NCBI GenBank assembly: GCA_965141245.1
Contig: CBCSLZ010000001.1
Coordinates: 1,899 to 65,898 of the forward strand
DNA: 64,000 bases
Source of the DNA: an uncultured Collinsella sp.
GTDB lineage: Bacteria; Actinomycetota; Coriobacteriia; Coriobacteriales; Coriobacteriaceae
Direction of reading: 5' to 3'
In this document: positions 1 to 9,615 of the stretch, in pieces
Layout: every line of letters starts with the position of its first letter
Numbering within the stretch: position 1 is the stretch's first letter
Made by a program: the position numbers and the translations under genes
Notes under the pieces: generated by a model
Seen by the model: only the letters and a program-made list of their open reading frames with translations
Told to the model about the DNA's origin: nothing
Database searches by the model: none

Positions 1-1
1 A

Positions 2-1594
2 CACCAGTTTGAGCCCGAGGAGCTCATCGCGCCCAAGAGCCAGCTCACCGGCGAGGTGCCCGAGCTGCGCCCGGTCGACAACCTCTACTTCGACCTGCCG
101 GCCTACCTCGACTTTATGAAGACCTATACCGCCAAGCTCGCCAAGAACCCGCAGGTTCGCTCCGTGGTCTCCAAGACCATGGAGGAGTGGCTGCTGCCGG
201 CTCAGCTCTACATCCAGAACAAGTTCCGCGAGGCCTTCGACGCCGTCGAGGACCAGCTGCCCGAGCACACCGTGCTGGAGCCCGAAGGCAACAAGAGCAG
301 CTTTACCGTCACCTTCCCCAGCTGGAAGGAGCGCGACGACGCCCACGCGGTGCTCGCCAACGGCGGCGTGCGCTTCCGCAGCGGCAAGGCGCTCGTGCCC
401 TTCCGCATCACCGGCAACATCGACTGGGGCGTTCCGGTGCCCGAGGTCGACGGCGTGACCGACGTCACCTGCTGGTGCTGGCCCGAGAGCCTGTGGGCGC
501 CCATCAGCTATACGCGTACCGTGCTCGCACGCGATGCCAAGGCCGCCGGCGTAACCGAGGGCGTCGCCGCCCAGGATGCCGCCCTCATGGGCGAGCCCGC
601 TGCCGATTCCACGCAGGTACCCGCTCCCACCTACCAGCACAGCTCGCTCGACTGGCGCGACTGGTGGTGCTCTGACGACGCTCAGATCTACCAGTTCATC
701 GGTCAGGACAACATCTATTTCTACTGCATCGCGCAGACCGCCATGTGGGAGGCCCTGGGCTGGGACCTCACGCAGAGCACTGTCAGCGCCTGCTACCACC
801 TGCTCTACATGGGCAAAAAGGCCAGCTCGTCCTCGCAGACGCCTCCCCCGCCGGCAGACGACCTGCTCAACCACTACACCTGCGAGCAGATGCGTGCGCA
901 CTGGCTGTCGCTCGGCCTGTCCGAGAAGCCGGTGAGCTTTAGCCCTAAGGCATACGACACGCGTGTGACCGGCAAGGACAAGGACGGCAACGAGGTGCGC
1001 GCCTGCGACGACAAGCGCGTTATCGACCCGGCCCTTAAGGAGAGCGCGCTGCTGACTGGCGTGTTCAACCGCCTGGCCCGCAGCTGCTTCTACGGCGTCG
1101 CCGTCAAGGAGGGCGACGAGAGCCCCTACCGCAACGGCTGCATCCCCGCCGGTGCCGCTTCTGACACCGTGGTCGAAGCCGCCCAGCAGGCAGCTCTCGC
1201 CTTTGAGCAGGCCATGTACAAGTTCGAGACGCACCGCGCGCTCGCCGTGTGCGACGACTACCTGCGTGCCGCCAACAAGCGCTGGAGTGACGCCTCCAAG
1301 GCCGCCAACAAGCTCGAGAGTAACGAGGCAAACGCCGCCATGACGCAGGCCCTCGTCGACGCCTTTACCGAGCTGCGCGTGGCGACCGTCCTGATGCACG
1401 GTATCGTCCCGGCCGGCTGCGAGCTCATCTGTGAGTACTTCGACGTTAACCCGGTCGCCTTCTTTAGCTGGGACAACATCTTTGCCTCCACGGACGAGTT
1501 TGTGGAGAGCTTGGGCGAGAAGCCCGGTGAGCACCGCGTGAAGCCGCTGCCCCCGCGCTTCGACTTCTTCAGCAAGCACGAGAGCCAGTACTAA
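2..1594 (+). CDS. metG: Methionyl-tRNA synthetase, divergent type (5'-truncated by window edge)
   Basis: Frame open from position 2 (HQFEPEELIAPKSQLTG...). Class I aaRS motifs ITGNIDWGVPVP, WCWPES and QFIGQDNIYFY; KMSKS equivalent reads KASSS; C-terminal helical anticodon-binding-like region. Confidence 0.8.
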   Translation, partial: HQFEPEELIAPKSQLTGEVPELRPVDNLYFDLPAYLDFMKTYTAKLAKNPQVRSVVSKTMEEWLLPAQLYIQNKFREAFDAVEDQLPEHTVLEPEGNKSSFTVTFPSWKERDDAHAVLANGGVRFRSGKALVPFRITGNIDWGVPVPEVDGVTDVTCWCWPESLWAPISYTRTVLARDAKAAGVTEGVAAQDAALMGEPAADSTQVPAPTYQHSSLDWRDWWCSDDAQIYQFIGQDNIYFYCIAQTAMWEALGWDLTQSTVSACYHLLYMGKKASSSSQTPPPPADDLLNHYTCEQMRAHWLSLGLSEKPVSFSPKAYDTRVTGKDKDGNEVRACDDKRVIDPALKESALLTGVFNRLARSCFYGVAVKEGDESPYRNGCIPAGAASDTVVEAAQQAALAFEQAMYKFETHRALAVCDDYLRAANKRWSDASKAANKLESNEANAAMTQALVDAFTELRVATVLMHGIVPAGCELICEYFDVNPVAFFSWDNIFASTDEFVESLGEKPGEHRVKPLPPRFDFFSKHESQY

Positions 1595-1653
1595 AGCACG
1601 CCAGCAGCGGCGTGCCCGGAAAGTAGTCAATTTGGAACGGGAAGGAAAGACGG

Positions 1654-2757
1654 ATGTCCAAGCCGCGTCGTTGTAAGCAGAAAAAGCAGGTTAAGCCCAA
1701 GCTCAAGCTTAGGCAGTTTGCCTCCACCGAGCTTTCCGACCAGCTTGCCGCCCAACACTCCGCCGCCGACCTGCCGCGCTTTATGGTCGACACGGTCGCC
1801 GGCGCCTATGCGCCCGCCGATGCCGAGCTCATGATCGAGGGCTTTGGCGCCGCGGCCACACGCCCGGTCACACTGCGCGCCAACACGCTCAAGGCGACCG
1901 CCGAGGACATCGCCGCCGCGCTCGATGCCGCCGGCATCGCGCGCCAAACCGTTACCTGGTATCCGGACGCCTTTATCCTGCCCGAGGCCCAGGTTTCCGA
2001 TCTGTGGGATCTCGACATCTACCGCGACGGCAAAATCTATCTGCAGAGCCTGTCGTCCATGATGCCGCCGTTGGTCCTGGGCGCCCAGGCAGGCGAGGAC
2101 ATCCTGGACATGTGCGCAGCCCCCGGCGGCAAGACGACGCAGATCGCCGCCCTCACCCAGGGCCAGGCACACCTCACGGCCTGTGAGATGAGCATTCCCC
2201 GCGCCGAAAAGCTTGAGTCGAACCTCCACCGCCAGGGTGCCAAAAACGTGCCCGTCATGCGCATCGACGCACGCGAACTCGACGAGTTCTTCCGCTTTGA
2301 CCGCATCCTGCTCGACGCCCCCTGCACCGGCACGGGCACCGTCATCAGCGGCAACGAGAAAAGCCTGCGCGGCCTGACCGAGCAGCTGCTCGTCAAGTGC
2401 GCCCGCTCGCAGCGCGCGCTTCTGGACCGCGCCATGGGAGCCCTCAAACCGGGCGGCACGCTCGTCTATTCGACGTGTTCGATCTTGCCGCAGGAAAACG
2501 AGGATGCCCTGCAAGAGGCCCTCGACAAGCACATGGATTGCGAGCTTATCCCCCTCGACGGCACGCCAAGCGAAAGTGAAGCACGCCGCGCCCAGGAAGC
2601 TGGTGAGGAGCCGCGCATCGAGTCCAACGCCCTGACCGAGGCCATCGCTGCCGGCCATGTCTCGGCCGTCGCCAACGGTATGCCCGGCACGCTGACCATT
2701 CCGCCTAGCCGCGACTTTGAGGGCTTCTACATTGCCCTGATTCGAAAACGCAGCTAG
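1654..2757 (+). CDS. RsmB/RsmF/NOP2-family RNA m5C methyltransferase
   Basis: Motifs LRANTLK, YLQSLSSM, LDMCAAPGGKT, ILLDAPCTG, LVYSTCS and FEGFYIA. Confidence 0.92.
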   Translation: MSKPRRCKQKKQVKPKLKLRQFASTELSDQLAAQHSAADLPRFMVDTVAGAYAPADAELMIEGFGAAATRPVTLRANTLKATAEDIAAALDAAGIARQTVTWYPDAFILPEAQVSDLWDLDIYRDGKIYLQSLSSMMPPLVLGAQAGEDILDMCAAPGGKTTQIAALTQGQAHLTACEMSIPRAEKLESNLHRQGAKNVPVMRIDARELDEFFRFDRILLDAPCTGTGTVISGNEKSLRGLTEQLLVKCARSQRALLDRAMGALKPGGTLVYSTCSILPQENEDALQEALDKHMDCELIPLDGTPSESEARRAQEAGEEPRIESNALTEAIAAGHVSAVANGMPGTLTIPPSRDFEGFYIALIRKRS

Positions 2758-2781
2758 CGCACGGATCCAAAACTCAACAAG

Positions 2782-2952
2782 CTATCTCTGTGCGCGCCTG
2801 TCCTGCTGGTCACGGTGCTGCTTAAGTGCCTCGCGTTCCTTGCGCTCGGCCCTTTTGCCCTTAATGGCCGTGACCACCAAGTAGATGACCGCGGCAGCAA
2901 CGATTGCGCCCACGCACAGGCCAATCGAGCCCAACATTACTGTGAATTCCAT
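2782..2952 (-). CDS. Small single-pass membrane protein, 56 aa (absent from ORF track)
   Basis: SD GAGAGGTG upstream of ATG. Translates MEFTVMLGSIGLCVGAIVAAAVIYLVVTAIKGKRAERKEREALKQHRDQQDRRAQR: one hydrophobic helix then a charged tail. Confidence 0.65.
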   Translation of the reverse strand: MEFTVMLGSIGLCVGAIVAAAVIYLVVTAIKGKRAERKEREALKQHRDQQDRRAQR

Positions 2953-3143
2953 ACCGCGTCACCTCTCTTTTAAACGGGACATTCAAGATAGCACCTCAAT
3001 ACCCGCCACCACAGCTCCTTCACGTTCGCCGGCCTTTCGGTCTAACGGATGGCGCGGCGGGGAAAAATCAACTCGTCAAACGATTTAGCAAGCACAACGC
3101 TGTCGGCACCCCGCCGGCCACCATCGCATAGAATCGAGCCCCC

Positions 3144-4235
3144 ATGGATACTCTCAACGATTTGAACGAGCGCGTCGACGCCTTTGTCGGCACCAGTTCC
3201 TTCGACGCGCCTGCCGCGACTAACGACCAGGCCCCCATCGATGTTCCTGCCGAGGTTCACGAGGACATCGTCGCCTCGGTCGATTTTTCCGAGGTCGAGC
3301 TCGCAGACGAGTTCACCGAGCCCCAGGTAGCCGTGACCCCCAACGGACTGCTCCCCATGGAGCCGCTGCCCATCGACGGGCGTTTGCGCAAGGCGGCCCT
3401 CCGCATGCCCGACGAGATCGAGGAGGCCAGCGGCTTTACGCTCTTCGGCCGTCGTATCAAATCGCTCATTTACACCACCGACGTGGCCGTCATCCGCAAC
3501 TCCAATGCCGATGCTGTCTTTGCCGTTTACCCCTTCACGCCGCAGCCGGCCATTACGCAGGCGCTGCTGACCGTCGCCGAGTGCCCGGTCTTTGTAGGTG
3601 TGGGCGGCGGAACTACGACCGGTAAGCGCTCCGTGCAGATGGCAGCCGTCTCCGAGATGCAGGGCGCGGCGGGCTGCGTGGTCAACTCCCCCGCCACCGC
3701 CGAGATGGTCGAGCACATCACCAACATCGCCGACATCCCTGTCATCGCCACGGTCGTACGTTGCGACGATGATGCGCATGCCAAAGTGCGCGCCGGAGCC
3801 AAGATTCTCAACATCGCCGCCGGCAAAAACACGCCCCAGGTCCTGCGTGAACTGCGCGAGCACTATCCCAACCTGCCGCTCATCGCGCCGGGCGGCAAGA
3901 CGCCCGAGAGCATCCGTGAGACCATCGCCGCCGGCGCCAACGCCATCATCTGGACACCGCCTTCGGCCCAGCAGCTGCAGACCGACATGATGCAGCGTTA
4001 TCGCAAGATGAAGGAAGACGCCACACCTGTCATCTCGCGCGACGATGTGCCCATTATCGACCAGGTCGCCGCCGCCGAGGTCAGCCAGGTCGAGAACATG
4101 AATCCCGACGTGCCGATTCCCGACGAAGTCATCGAGCGCGTCGCTTCGATCCACGAGCGCGTCGAGGAGCATCGCGCCAACCGCGGCCTCAAGCCGTCAC
4201 TGCACGGCTTTTTCTTCCGCGGAAAGAAACGCTAG
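3144..4235 (+). CDS. Uncharacterised TIM-barrel protein (ThiG/aldolase-like fold, often annotated 'hydrolase')
   Basis: Core GRRIKSLIYTTDVAVIRNSNADAVFAVYPFTPQPAI...PVFVGVGGGTT...LIAPGG...AGANAI, with acidic extensions at both ends. Confidence 0.6.
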   Translation: MDTLNDLNERVDAFVGTSSFDAPAATNDQAPIDVPAEVHEDIVASVDFSEVELADEFTEPQVAVTPNGLLPMEPLPIDGRLRKAALRMPDEIEEASGFTLFGRRIKSLIYTTDVAVIRNSNADAVFAVYPFTPQPAITQALLTVAECPVFVGVGGGTTTGKRSVQMAAVSEMQGAAGCVVNSPATAEMVEHITNIADIPVIATVVRCDDDAHAKVRAGAKILNIAAGKNTPQVLRELREHYPNLPLIAPGGKTPESIRETIAAGANAIIWTPPSAQQLQTDMMQRYRKMKEDATPVISRDDVPIIDQVAAAEVSQVENMNPDVPIPDEVIERVASIHERVEEHRANRGLKPSLHGFFFRGKKR

Positions 4236-4246
4236 CAAAACATCTT

Positions 4247-4279
4247 GGCCCGCCCCACAAACGTGAGGCGGGCCGTTTT
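4247..4279 (+). terminator. Intrinsic terminator between convergent genes
   Basis: GGCCCGCC...GGCGGGCC stem followed by GTTTT. Confidence 0.7.
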
Positions 4280-4315
4280 CGCTTGAACAATCATGCAGCG
4301 ATGTGATGGGGCAAA

Positions 4316-5206
4316 TTAATCCACGCGCTTGTCGCCCATAAAGAAGAGCGCCACCGTACCAGGTCCGGTGTGCGAACCGATCAGAGCACCGATATTGTTG
4401 ATCTCAATCTTGCCTTTGAGCTGCGGAACTTGTTCTTCAATCAGTGCCGCAACGGCCTCGGCATCCTCGCGGCACGCCGAATGGGACAAGATGCACTTAC
4501 CCGAATAATCCGCACCGTCCTGCACGTGTGCCATCATGGTCTTAGCCATCTCGGAAATCGCGCGCTTCTTGGTGCGAATCTTCTCACGTGGCGACAGCCC
4601 ACCTTCGCAATCGACCGTCATAAGTGGGCAAATCTTAAGCGCTGTGCCGATAATCGCGCTCGCGGCCGAAATGCGACCGCCGCGCAGATAGCTCGACAGA
4701 TCGGTCGAGAAGAACCAGTGGTGAAGGTTGAGTTTATGCTCCTCAATCCAAGCGGCCGTCTCGTCGAGTGAAGCCCCGCTATCGCGCACGTCGGCAGCAT
4801 ATTCCAGCAACAGGCCAAAGCCCGAAGACGCCCCCAGCGAATCGATGACGCGCACCTTGCCGCCCTGGGGATAGCGATCCGCGAGCATCTGCGCCGCAAC
4901 GCAGGCCGATCCATACGTGCCCGAAATACCTGACGACAACGTAAGGTGCAGCACGTCTTTACCCTCGGCAACAAACGGCTCCCAAAACTCCTCGTACTCA
5001 CCCACGCTCACCTGAGACGTCTTGGGCATGGCACCCGCGGCAATCTGAGCAAAAAACTCGTCCGGTGAAATCGACTGGTACAGATCGTCCGCATGGACAA
5101 CACCATCAATCTCGTAATGAAAACACACGACAGGGATATTGCGCGACGCAAAGAACTCACGGGTTCGATCGGCGGCGGATTCACAGGTCAGGACAAAATC
5201 ACTCAT
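4316..5206 (-). CDS. DegV family fatty-acid-binding protein
   Basis: Motifs PKTSQ, LSSGISGTY, IDSLGAS, YLRGGRI and IGSHTGPG. Confidence 0.93.
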   Translation of the reverse strand: MSDFVLTCESAADRTREFFASRNIPVVCFHYEIDGVVHADDLYQSISPDEFFAQIAAGAMPKTSQVSVGEYEEFWEPFVAEGKDVLHLTLSSGISGTYGSACVAAQMLADRYPQGGKVRVIDSLGASSGFGLLLEYAADVRDSGASLDETAAWIEEHKLNLHHWFFSTDLSSYLRGGRISAASAIIGTALKICPLMTVDCEGGLSPREKIRTKKRAISEMAKTMMAHVQDGADYSGKCILSHSACREDAEAVAALIEEQVPQLKGKIEINNIGALIGSHTGPGTVALFFMGDKRVD

Positions 5207-5526
5207 ATGAGGCTCCTTAAGTATTGCTGCGCAAATTATTGCACAGCAAGCCTAAATACGATACATATGTCCACTATTTACCAAATCGAACCAAAAATAG
5301 CGAACATCTTTACCACCATCGTTTCCACCGACCCCACGCATAAATATCTGAGAAAACACCCTCTGTCGTCTCCACCCAACCGACACATCTACCTTCACTA
5401 AATCGATTTACCAAACCGTTCAGCCGACAATTCAGCCGCTGGCGCAAAATCGAAACAAAAGCGGCGCATACTGATAAACGTTTGACGCTGTTTATCAGTT
5501 TTACCAGCCCCATCGGAAGGTGTTTC

Positions 5527-7443
5527 ATGGTCGCATTCGATCGCAACCCGCAAGACTTCAAGTATCTGCGCCTGCTGTCGAGACAGTTCCCCACCGAACA
5601 ATCCGCGTTTACCGAAATTATCAACCTCTCGGCCATCCTCAACCTACCCAAGGGCACCGAGCATTTTATGAGCGACGTGCACGGCGAGTACGAAGCCTTT
5701 ATGCACATCCTCAACAACTGCTCGGGCGTCGTGCGCGAGCATGTCGACGAGATCTTTGGCGACACGCTCTCCTTTGACGAGAAGGGCGAGCTGTGCACGC
5801 TCATCTACTACCCGCGCGAGAAAATCGATCTTGTCCGCAGCCGGCGCGAGGACTCGCCCACCTGGTACAAGACGATGCTTGACCAGCTCATCATGGTCGC
5901 TCGCTCGCTTTCAAGCCGCTACACGCGCTCCAAGGTGCGTAAGGCCATCCCGCGCGACTACGCCTATATCATCGACGAGTTGTTGCACACGCACCCGGAC
6001 GAGAACAACTATCGCGTGCGCTATCACGAGCGCATCGTGGAGTCCATCCTGGAGACCGCCAGCGCCGACGACTTTATCGAGTCACTCGCCTCGCTCATCA
6101 AGCGCCTGGCCGTCGACCACCTGCACCTGGTGGGCGACATCTTCGACCGCGGCGGCGGCGCGGCCAAGATTATGGACCGTCTGCTCACCTACCATTCACT
6201 CGACATCCAGTGGGGCAACCACGACCTGCTGTGGATGGGCGCTGCGGCCGGTGAGCCCGCCTGCATCGCCACGGTATTGCGCAACAACCTACGCTACGAC
6301 AACTACGAGATTCTAGAGAACGACTACGGCATCTCGCTGCGTGAGCTTGTTGCCTTTGCCGATGCCACCTACACCGACGGTGAGCCCATCACCCCGCTAA
6401 TCAAGGCCATCAACGTGCTGCTCTTTAAGCTCGAGGGCCAGATTATCCAGCGCCACCCCGAGTTCGATATGACCGACCGCCTGTTACTCGACAAGATCGA
6501 TCACGACACCGGCACGGTCACGCTCGCCGACGGCAGCGTGTGGCCGCTCACAACCAACGACTTCCCCACCGTCGACCCGGCGGACCCCTATACGCTCACG
6601 CCCCAGGAGCAGCACATCATCGACAAGCTTGTGTCCGAGTTTGTCACCGCCGATCACCTGCATCGCCATATCGATTTCCTCTATTCCCACGGCTCGATGT
6701 ACAAGGTCGCCAACGGCAACCTGCTCTTCCACGGCTGCGTTCCGCTCAATGAAGACGGCACCTTTAGCAGCATGAACTGTCTGGGCACCTGGCACGCTGG
6801 CCGCGATTATCTCGATTTTTGCGATCACATCGCCCGCCGCGCCTGGCGCGTGGGCGACCGCGACGCTCTCGACTGGATGTGGTACCTGTGGATTGGCTTT
6901 AACTCACCCGCCAGCGGACGCCTGGTGCGTACCTTTGAGCGCGCCTATATCGCCGATAAGAGCACTTGGGTCGAGCCAATGGATCCGTACTTTACGCTTA
7001 CCAAGTCGCCCTCGGTCTGCGATGACATCATGCGCGAGTTTGGCGTCGCGCCCATGGCATGCTCGCCGACCGGCCACATCATCAACGGCCACACGCCCGT
7101 TAAAACCACCAAGGGCGAGCAACCCATCCGCGCCGAGGGCAAGCTGCTGGTCATCGATGGCGGCTTCTGCCGCGCTTACCATCCCAAGACGGGTATCGCC
7201 GGCTATACGCTCATCTCGAGCTCGCGCGGCTGCCGCCTCAAGTCGCACCGGGCCTTTACGACGGTTGCCGAGGCACTCACGCGCAACGTGGACATCGAAA
7301 GCGAGACCAACCGTTTTGACCAAGCAGACCGTCGCCGCATGGTGAGCGACACCGATACTGGCGCCAAGATCCGCAGCCAAATCCAGGACCTGCGCCAGCT
7401 GCTCGATGCATATAGAAACGGTGCTATCGAGGAGCGCGCCTAG
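5527..7443 (+). CDS. fbp: Fructose-1,6-bisphosphatase class 3
   Basis: EIINLSAILNLPKGTEHFMSDVHGEYEAF, GDIFDRG, DIQWGNHD, IINGHTPVK and VIDGGF...GIAGYTLI. ATG at 5527 follows GGAAGG. Confidence 0.93.
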   Translation: MVAFDRNPQDFKYLRLLSRQFPTEQSAFTEIINLSAILNLPKGTEHFMSDVHGEYEAFMHILNNCSGVVREHVDEIFGDTLSFDEKGELCTLIYYPREKIDLVRSRREDSPTWYKTMLDQLIMVARSLSSRYTRSKVRKAIPRDYAYIIDELLHTHPDENNYRVRYHERIVESILETASADDFIESLASLIKRLAVDHLHLVGDIFDRGGGAAKIMDRLLTYHSLDIQWGNHDLLWMGAAAGEPACIATVLRNNLRYDNYEILENDYGISLRELVAFADATYTDGEPITPLIKAINVLLFKLEGQIIQRHPEFDMTDRLLLDKIDHDTGTVTLADGSVWPLTTNDFPTVDPADPYTLTPQEQHIIDKLVSEFVTADHLHRHIDFLYSHGSMYKVANGNLLFHGCVPLNEDGTFSSMNCLGTWHAGRDYLDFCDHIARRAWRVGDRDALDWMWYLWIGFNSPASGRLVRTFERAYIADKSTWVEPMDPYFTLTKSPSVCDDIMREFGVAPMACSPTGHIINGHTPVKTTKGEQPIRAEGKLLVIDGGFCRAYHPKTGIAGYTLISSSRGCRLKSHRAFTTVAEALTRNVDIESETNRFDQADRRRMVSDTDTGAKIRSQIQDLRQLLDAYRNGAIEERA

Positions 7444-7521
7444 CACCACCCGCGGGGATTGGCTAAACTTGCTAAGTTTGTCATCCCCGCGGCGCTTCGG
7501 CGCCAGCTTAAGGCAGGTACC

Positions 7522-7917
7522 ATGCAAAAGCTCCTTGCGCAGATCATGAAATTTGGCGTCGTCGGTGTCATTGCCACGGTTATCGACTTTGGCATTATGA
7601 ATCTGCTCCACTACGGTCTGGGCCTCAACATCCTAATCGCCAACACCAGCGGCTTTATCATCTCACTCATCTTTAACTACCTCGCAAGCATGAAGTACGT
7701 GTTTGCGCACAAGGAAGGCATGAGCCGCCGCCGCGAGTTCATCATCTTTGTCGTGCTGTCCGTAATCGGTTTGGTGCTCAACGACGGCATCGTGCTGGCG
7801 CTCAACGCCGGCCTGGGACTCGAGGCCAATATCGCCAAGATCTGCGCCACCGCGCTTGTCATGGTCTACAACTTTGTGACCCGAAAAATCTTCCTGGAGG
7901 GCGACGAGACCAAGTAA
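7522..7917 (+). CDS. GtrA family protein (lipid-linked sugar flippase-like)
   Basis: QIMKFGVVGVIATVIDFG, four TM helices, YNFVTRKIF. Confidence 0.88.
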   Translation: MQKLLAQIMKFGVVGVIATVIDFGIMNLLHYGLGLNILIANTSGFIISLIFNYLASMKYVFAHKEGMSRRREFIIFVVLSVIGLVLNDGIVLALNAGLGLEANIAKICATALVMVYNFVTRKIFLEGDETK

Positions 7918-8136
7918 CTCGCAACCTTACAGCCTTACGATGCCCACGGATGACGCGTGTCGAGCGCTATGTTGTTTGTGGGCTTTGCTCGTTTACGGGC
8001 AAATTTTCAACGTTTGCGGATTAGCTCTTGAAAATTTGGCGAGTTCGTATAGTTCTTGGCAAAGACCTTACGTTTCCCATGCAAAAGCTCTAAAGTAACT
8101 CGTTGCTCGATTCATCAACGCATTGGATGTGATTAC

Positions 8137-8544
8137 GTGCGCAAGGCGCTGGCACAACCTCATACCAAGCAGTTCCTCAAGTTTGCCGTCGTGGGTCTTA
8201 TCTCCTTTGGCATCGACTGGGGTATGCTCATTGCGCTCGTCGAGCTGTTCCATCTCGACTTTCTGATGAGCACCACGGTTTCGTTTATCACATCCGTCGT
8301 GGTCAACTACTGGCTCAGCATGAAGTACGTGTTCGACCACCGCGAGGGCATGAGCCGCAAGCGCGAGTTCACGATCTTCACCATCCTGTCGGTGATCGGT
8401 CTGGGCCTCAACGACCTGTACATGTTTGTGGGCGTCACGTTTTTGAGCATCGGCTACCAGGCCATGAAGGCCATCGCAACGTTCCTCGTTACCTGGTACA
8501 ACTACTTTAGCCGTCGCTTCTTCCTCGAGGGCGCACGGTCGTAG
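8137..8544 (+). CDS. GtrA family protein, paralogue of the upstream gene
   Basis: QFLKFAVVGLISFGIDWG; shares SMKYVF-H-EGMSR-REF and LSVIGL-LND with 7522..7917. Start codon uncertain (GTG 8137 chosen). Confidence 0.85.
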   Translation: MRKALAQPHTKQFLKFAVVGLISFGIDWGMLIALVELFHLDFLMSTTVSFITSVVVNYWLSMKYVFDHREGMSRKREFTIFTILSVIGLGLNDLYMFVGVTFLSIGYQAMKAIATFLVTWYNYFSRRFFLEGARS

Positions 8545-8570
8545 TCGATTCACTATTTGCTTGAATGTAT

Positions 8571-8604
8571 AACCGGTTGGAATTCCCATTCCAACCGGTT
8601 TTTT
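8571..8604 (+). terminator. Intrinsic terminator after the GtrA pair
   Basis: AACCGGTTGGAAT-loop-ATTCCAACCGGTT followed by a T run. Confidence 0.75.
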
Positions 8605-8643
8605 GTTTGCCGAGAGACCCGGCGACCCAGTCCCATTCGCACG

Positions 8644-8681
8644 AAAAACGGGCGGCCCGGATGTTTGTCCGAACCGCCCGT
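8644..8681 (-). terminator. Intrinsic terminator of the DUF4430 operon
   Basis: On the minus strand, ACGGGCGG...CCGCCCGT stem followed by TTTT, just past the stop at 8704. Confidence 0.7.
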
Positions 8682-8703
8682 CTGGCGCGCTATGTCGAGG
8701 TCC

Positions 8704-9615
8704 CTAGCCTGTAACGTAATACCAGACCACGTTGTCGCCATTGGAGAGAACGTAGTTACTGCAGGCCGTCATGGGCGTTGTGCCGTTGACGGAATACATC
8801 CAGCCGCTCGTGCCGCCGTACTGTTTCTCGGCCAAACCACCAATCGCAGAAACATACGTGCCGTACGATGAGCCGTGTGCGTTGACAGAAAGGCCCAGCG
8901 CGCACAGGGCATCGTAGACGGTAGCACCTTCGTTAAAGGTAAAGGTGCCACCAGAGGACACAGGATTGCCCACAGCGCTCGATGTGACCGAAACCGTCAC
9001 CGTAACGTAGTTGGACTCCTGCGAGCCGCTCTGGCCGCCCGAGGAGGCGTTTCCACCATTAGAGGATGAGGCTCCATTAGACGACTGGCCACCGCCCGAA
9101 GAAGCACCGCCAGACACATTGGAAGTATCACCGGCTCCCGTATTTTGGGCAGCGGATTTATCGCCAGACTTCTTGCCGCCCCGGTCCTCGGACTTCTTGC
9201 TATCCGAGTTTTTGTCCGATTCCTTGTTTGAAGACTCGGAATCGTCCTTGGCGTCGTTCGAACCCTTGGGCTCGTCTTTTGCATCATTCGAAGATTTGGA
9301 ATCCTTGGACCCGGCCTTGCCCGAAGCAGCAGACGAGCCAGACTCCTTGGCGTCCTTGGCGACGATACTCTCTCCCGTCACGGTCTGAATGATCCAGTCG
9401 ATGGACCAGGCACCGCTTGTGGAAGGATGAACGAAACCCAGCGAGACGACGATCAGAATGGTGCACGCGGCAGTCAGAACGCCAAGGAGCGCTTTGCGCC
9501 GTGGGGCGGACGCCGCCGAAGCGGCGCCCTGTTGCTTTGCATCGTCGAACTGAATGAACCAGGAATCCGGTTGCTTGGGGTCAGCGTCCTTGGATTTATT
9601 GGACACAGCCCTCAC
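8704..9615 (-). CDS. Membrane-anchored protein with C-terminal DUF4430 (transcobalamin-like) domain
   Basis: N-terminal TM helix, long S/K/D/G linker, then GATVYDAL...YVSAIGGLAEK..GWMYSVNG..PM.ACSNYVL.NGD.VVWYY, typical of DUF4430. Confidence 0.82.
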   Translation of the reverse strand: MRAVSNKSKDADPKQPDSWFIQFDDAKQQGAASAASAPRRKALLGVLTAACTILIVVSLGFVHPSTSGAWSIDWIIQTVTGESIVAKDAKESGSSAASGKAGSKDSKSSNDAKDEPKGSNDAKDDSESSNKESDKNSDSKKSEDRGGKKSGDKSAAQNTGAGDTSNVSGGASSGGGQSSNGASSSNGGNASSGGQSGSQESNYVTVTVSVTSSAVGNPVSSGGTFTFNEGATVYDALCALGLSVNAHGSSYGTYVSAIGGLAEKQYGGTSGWMYSVNGTTPMTACSNYVLSNGDNVVWYYVTG

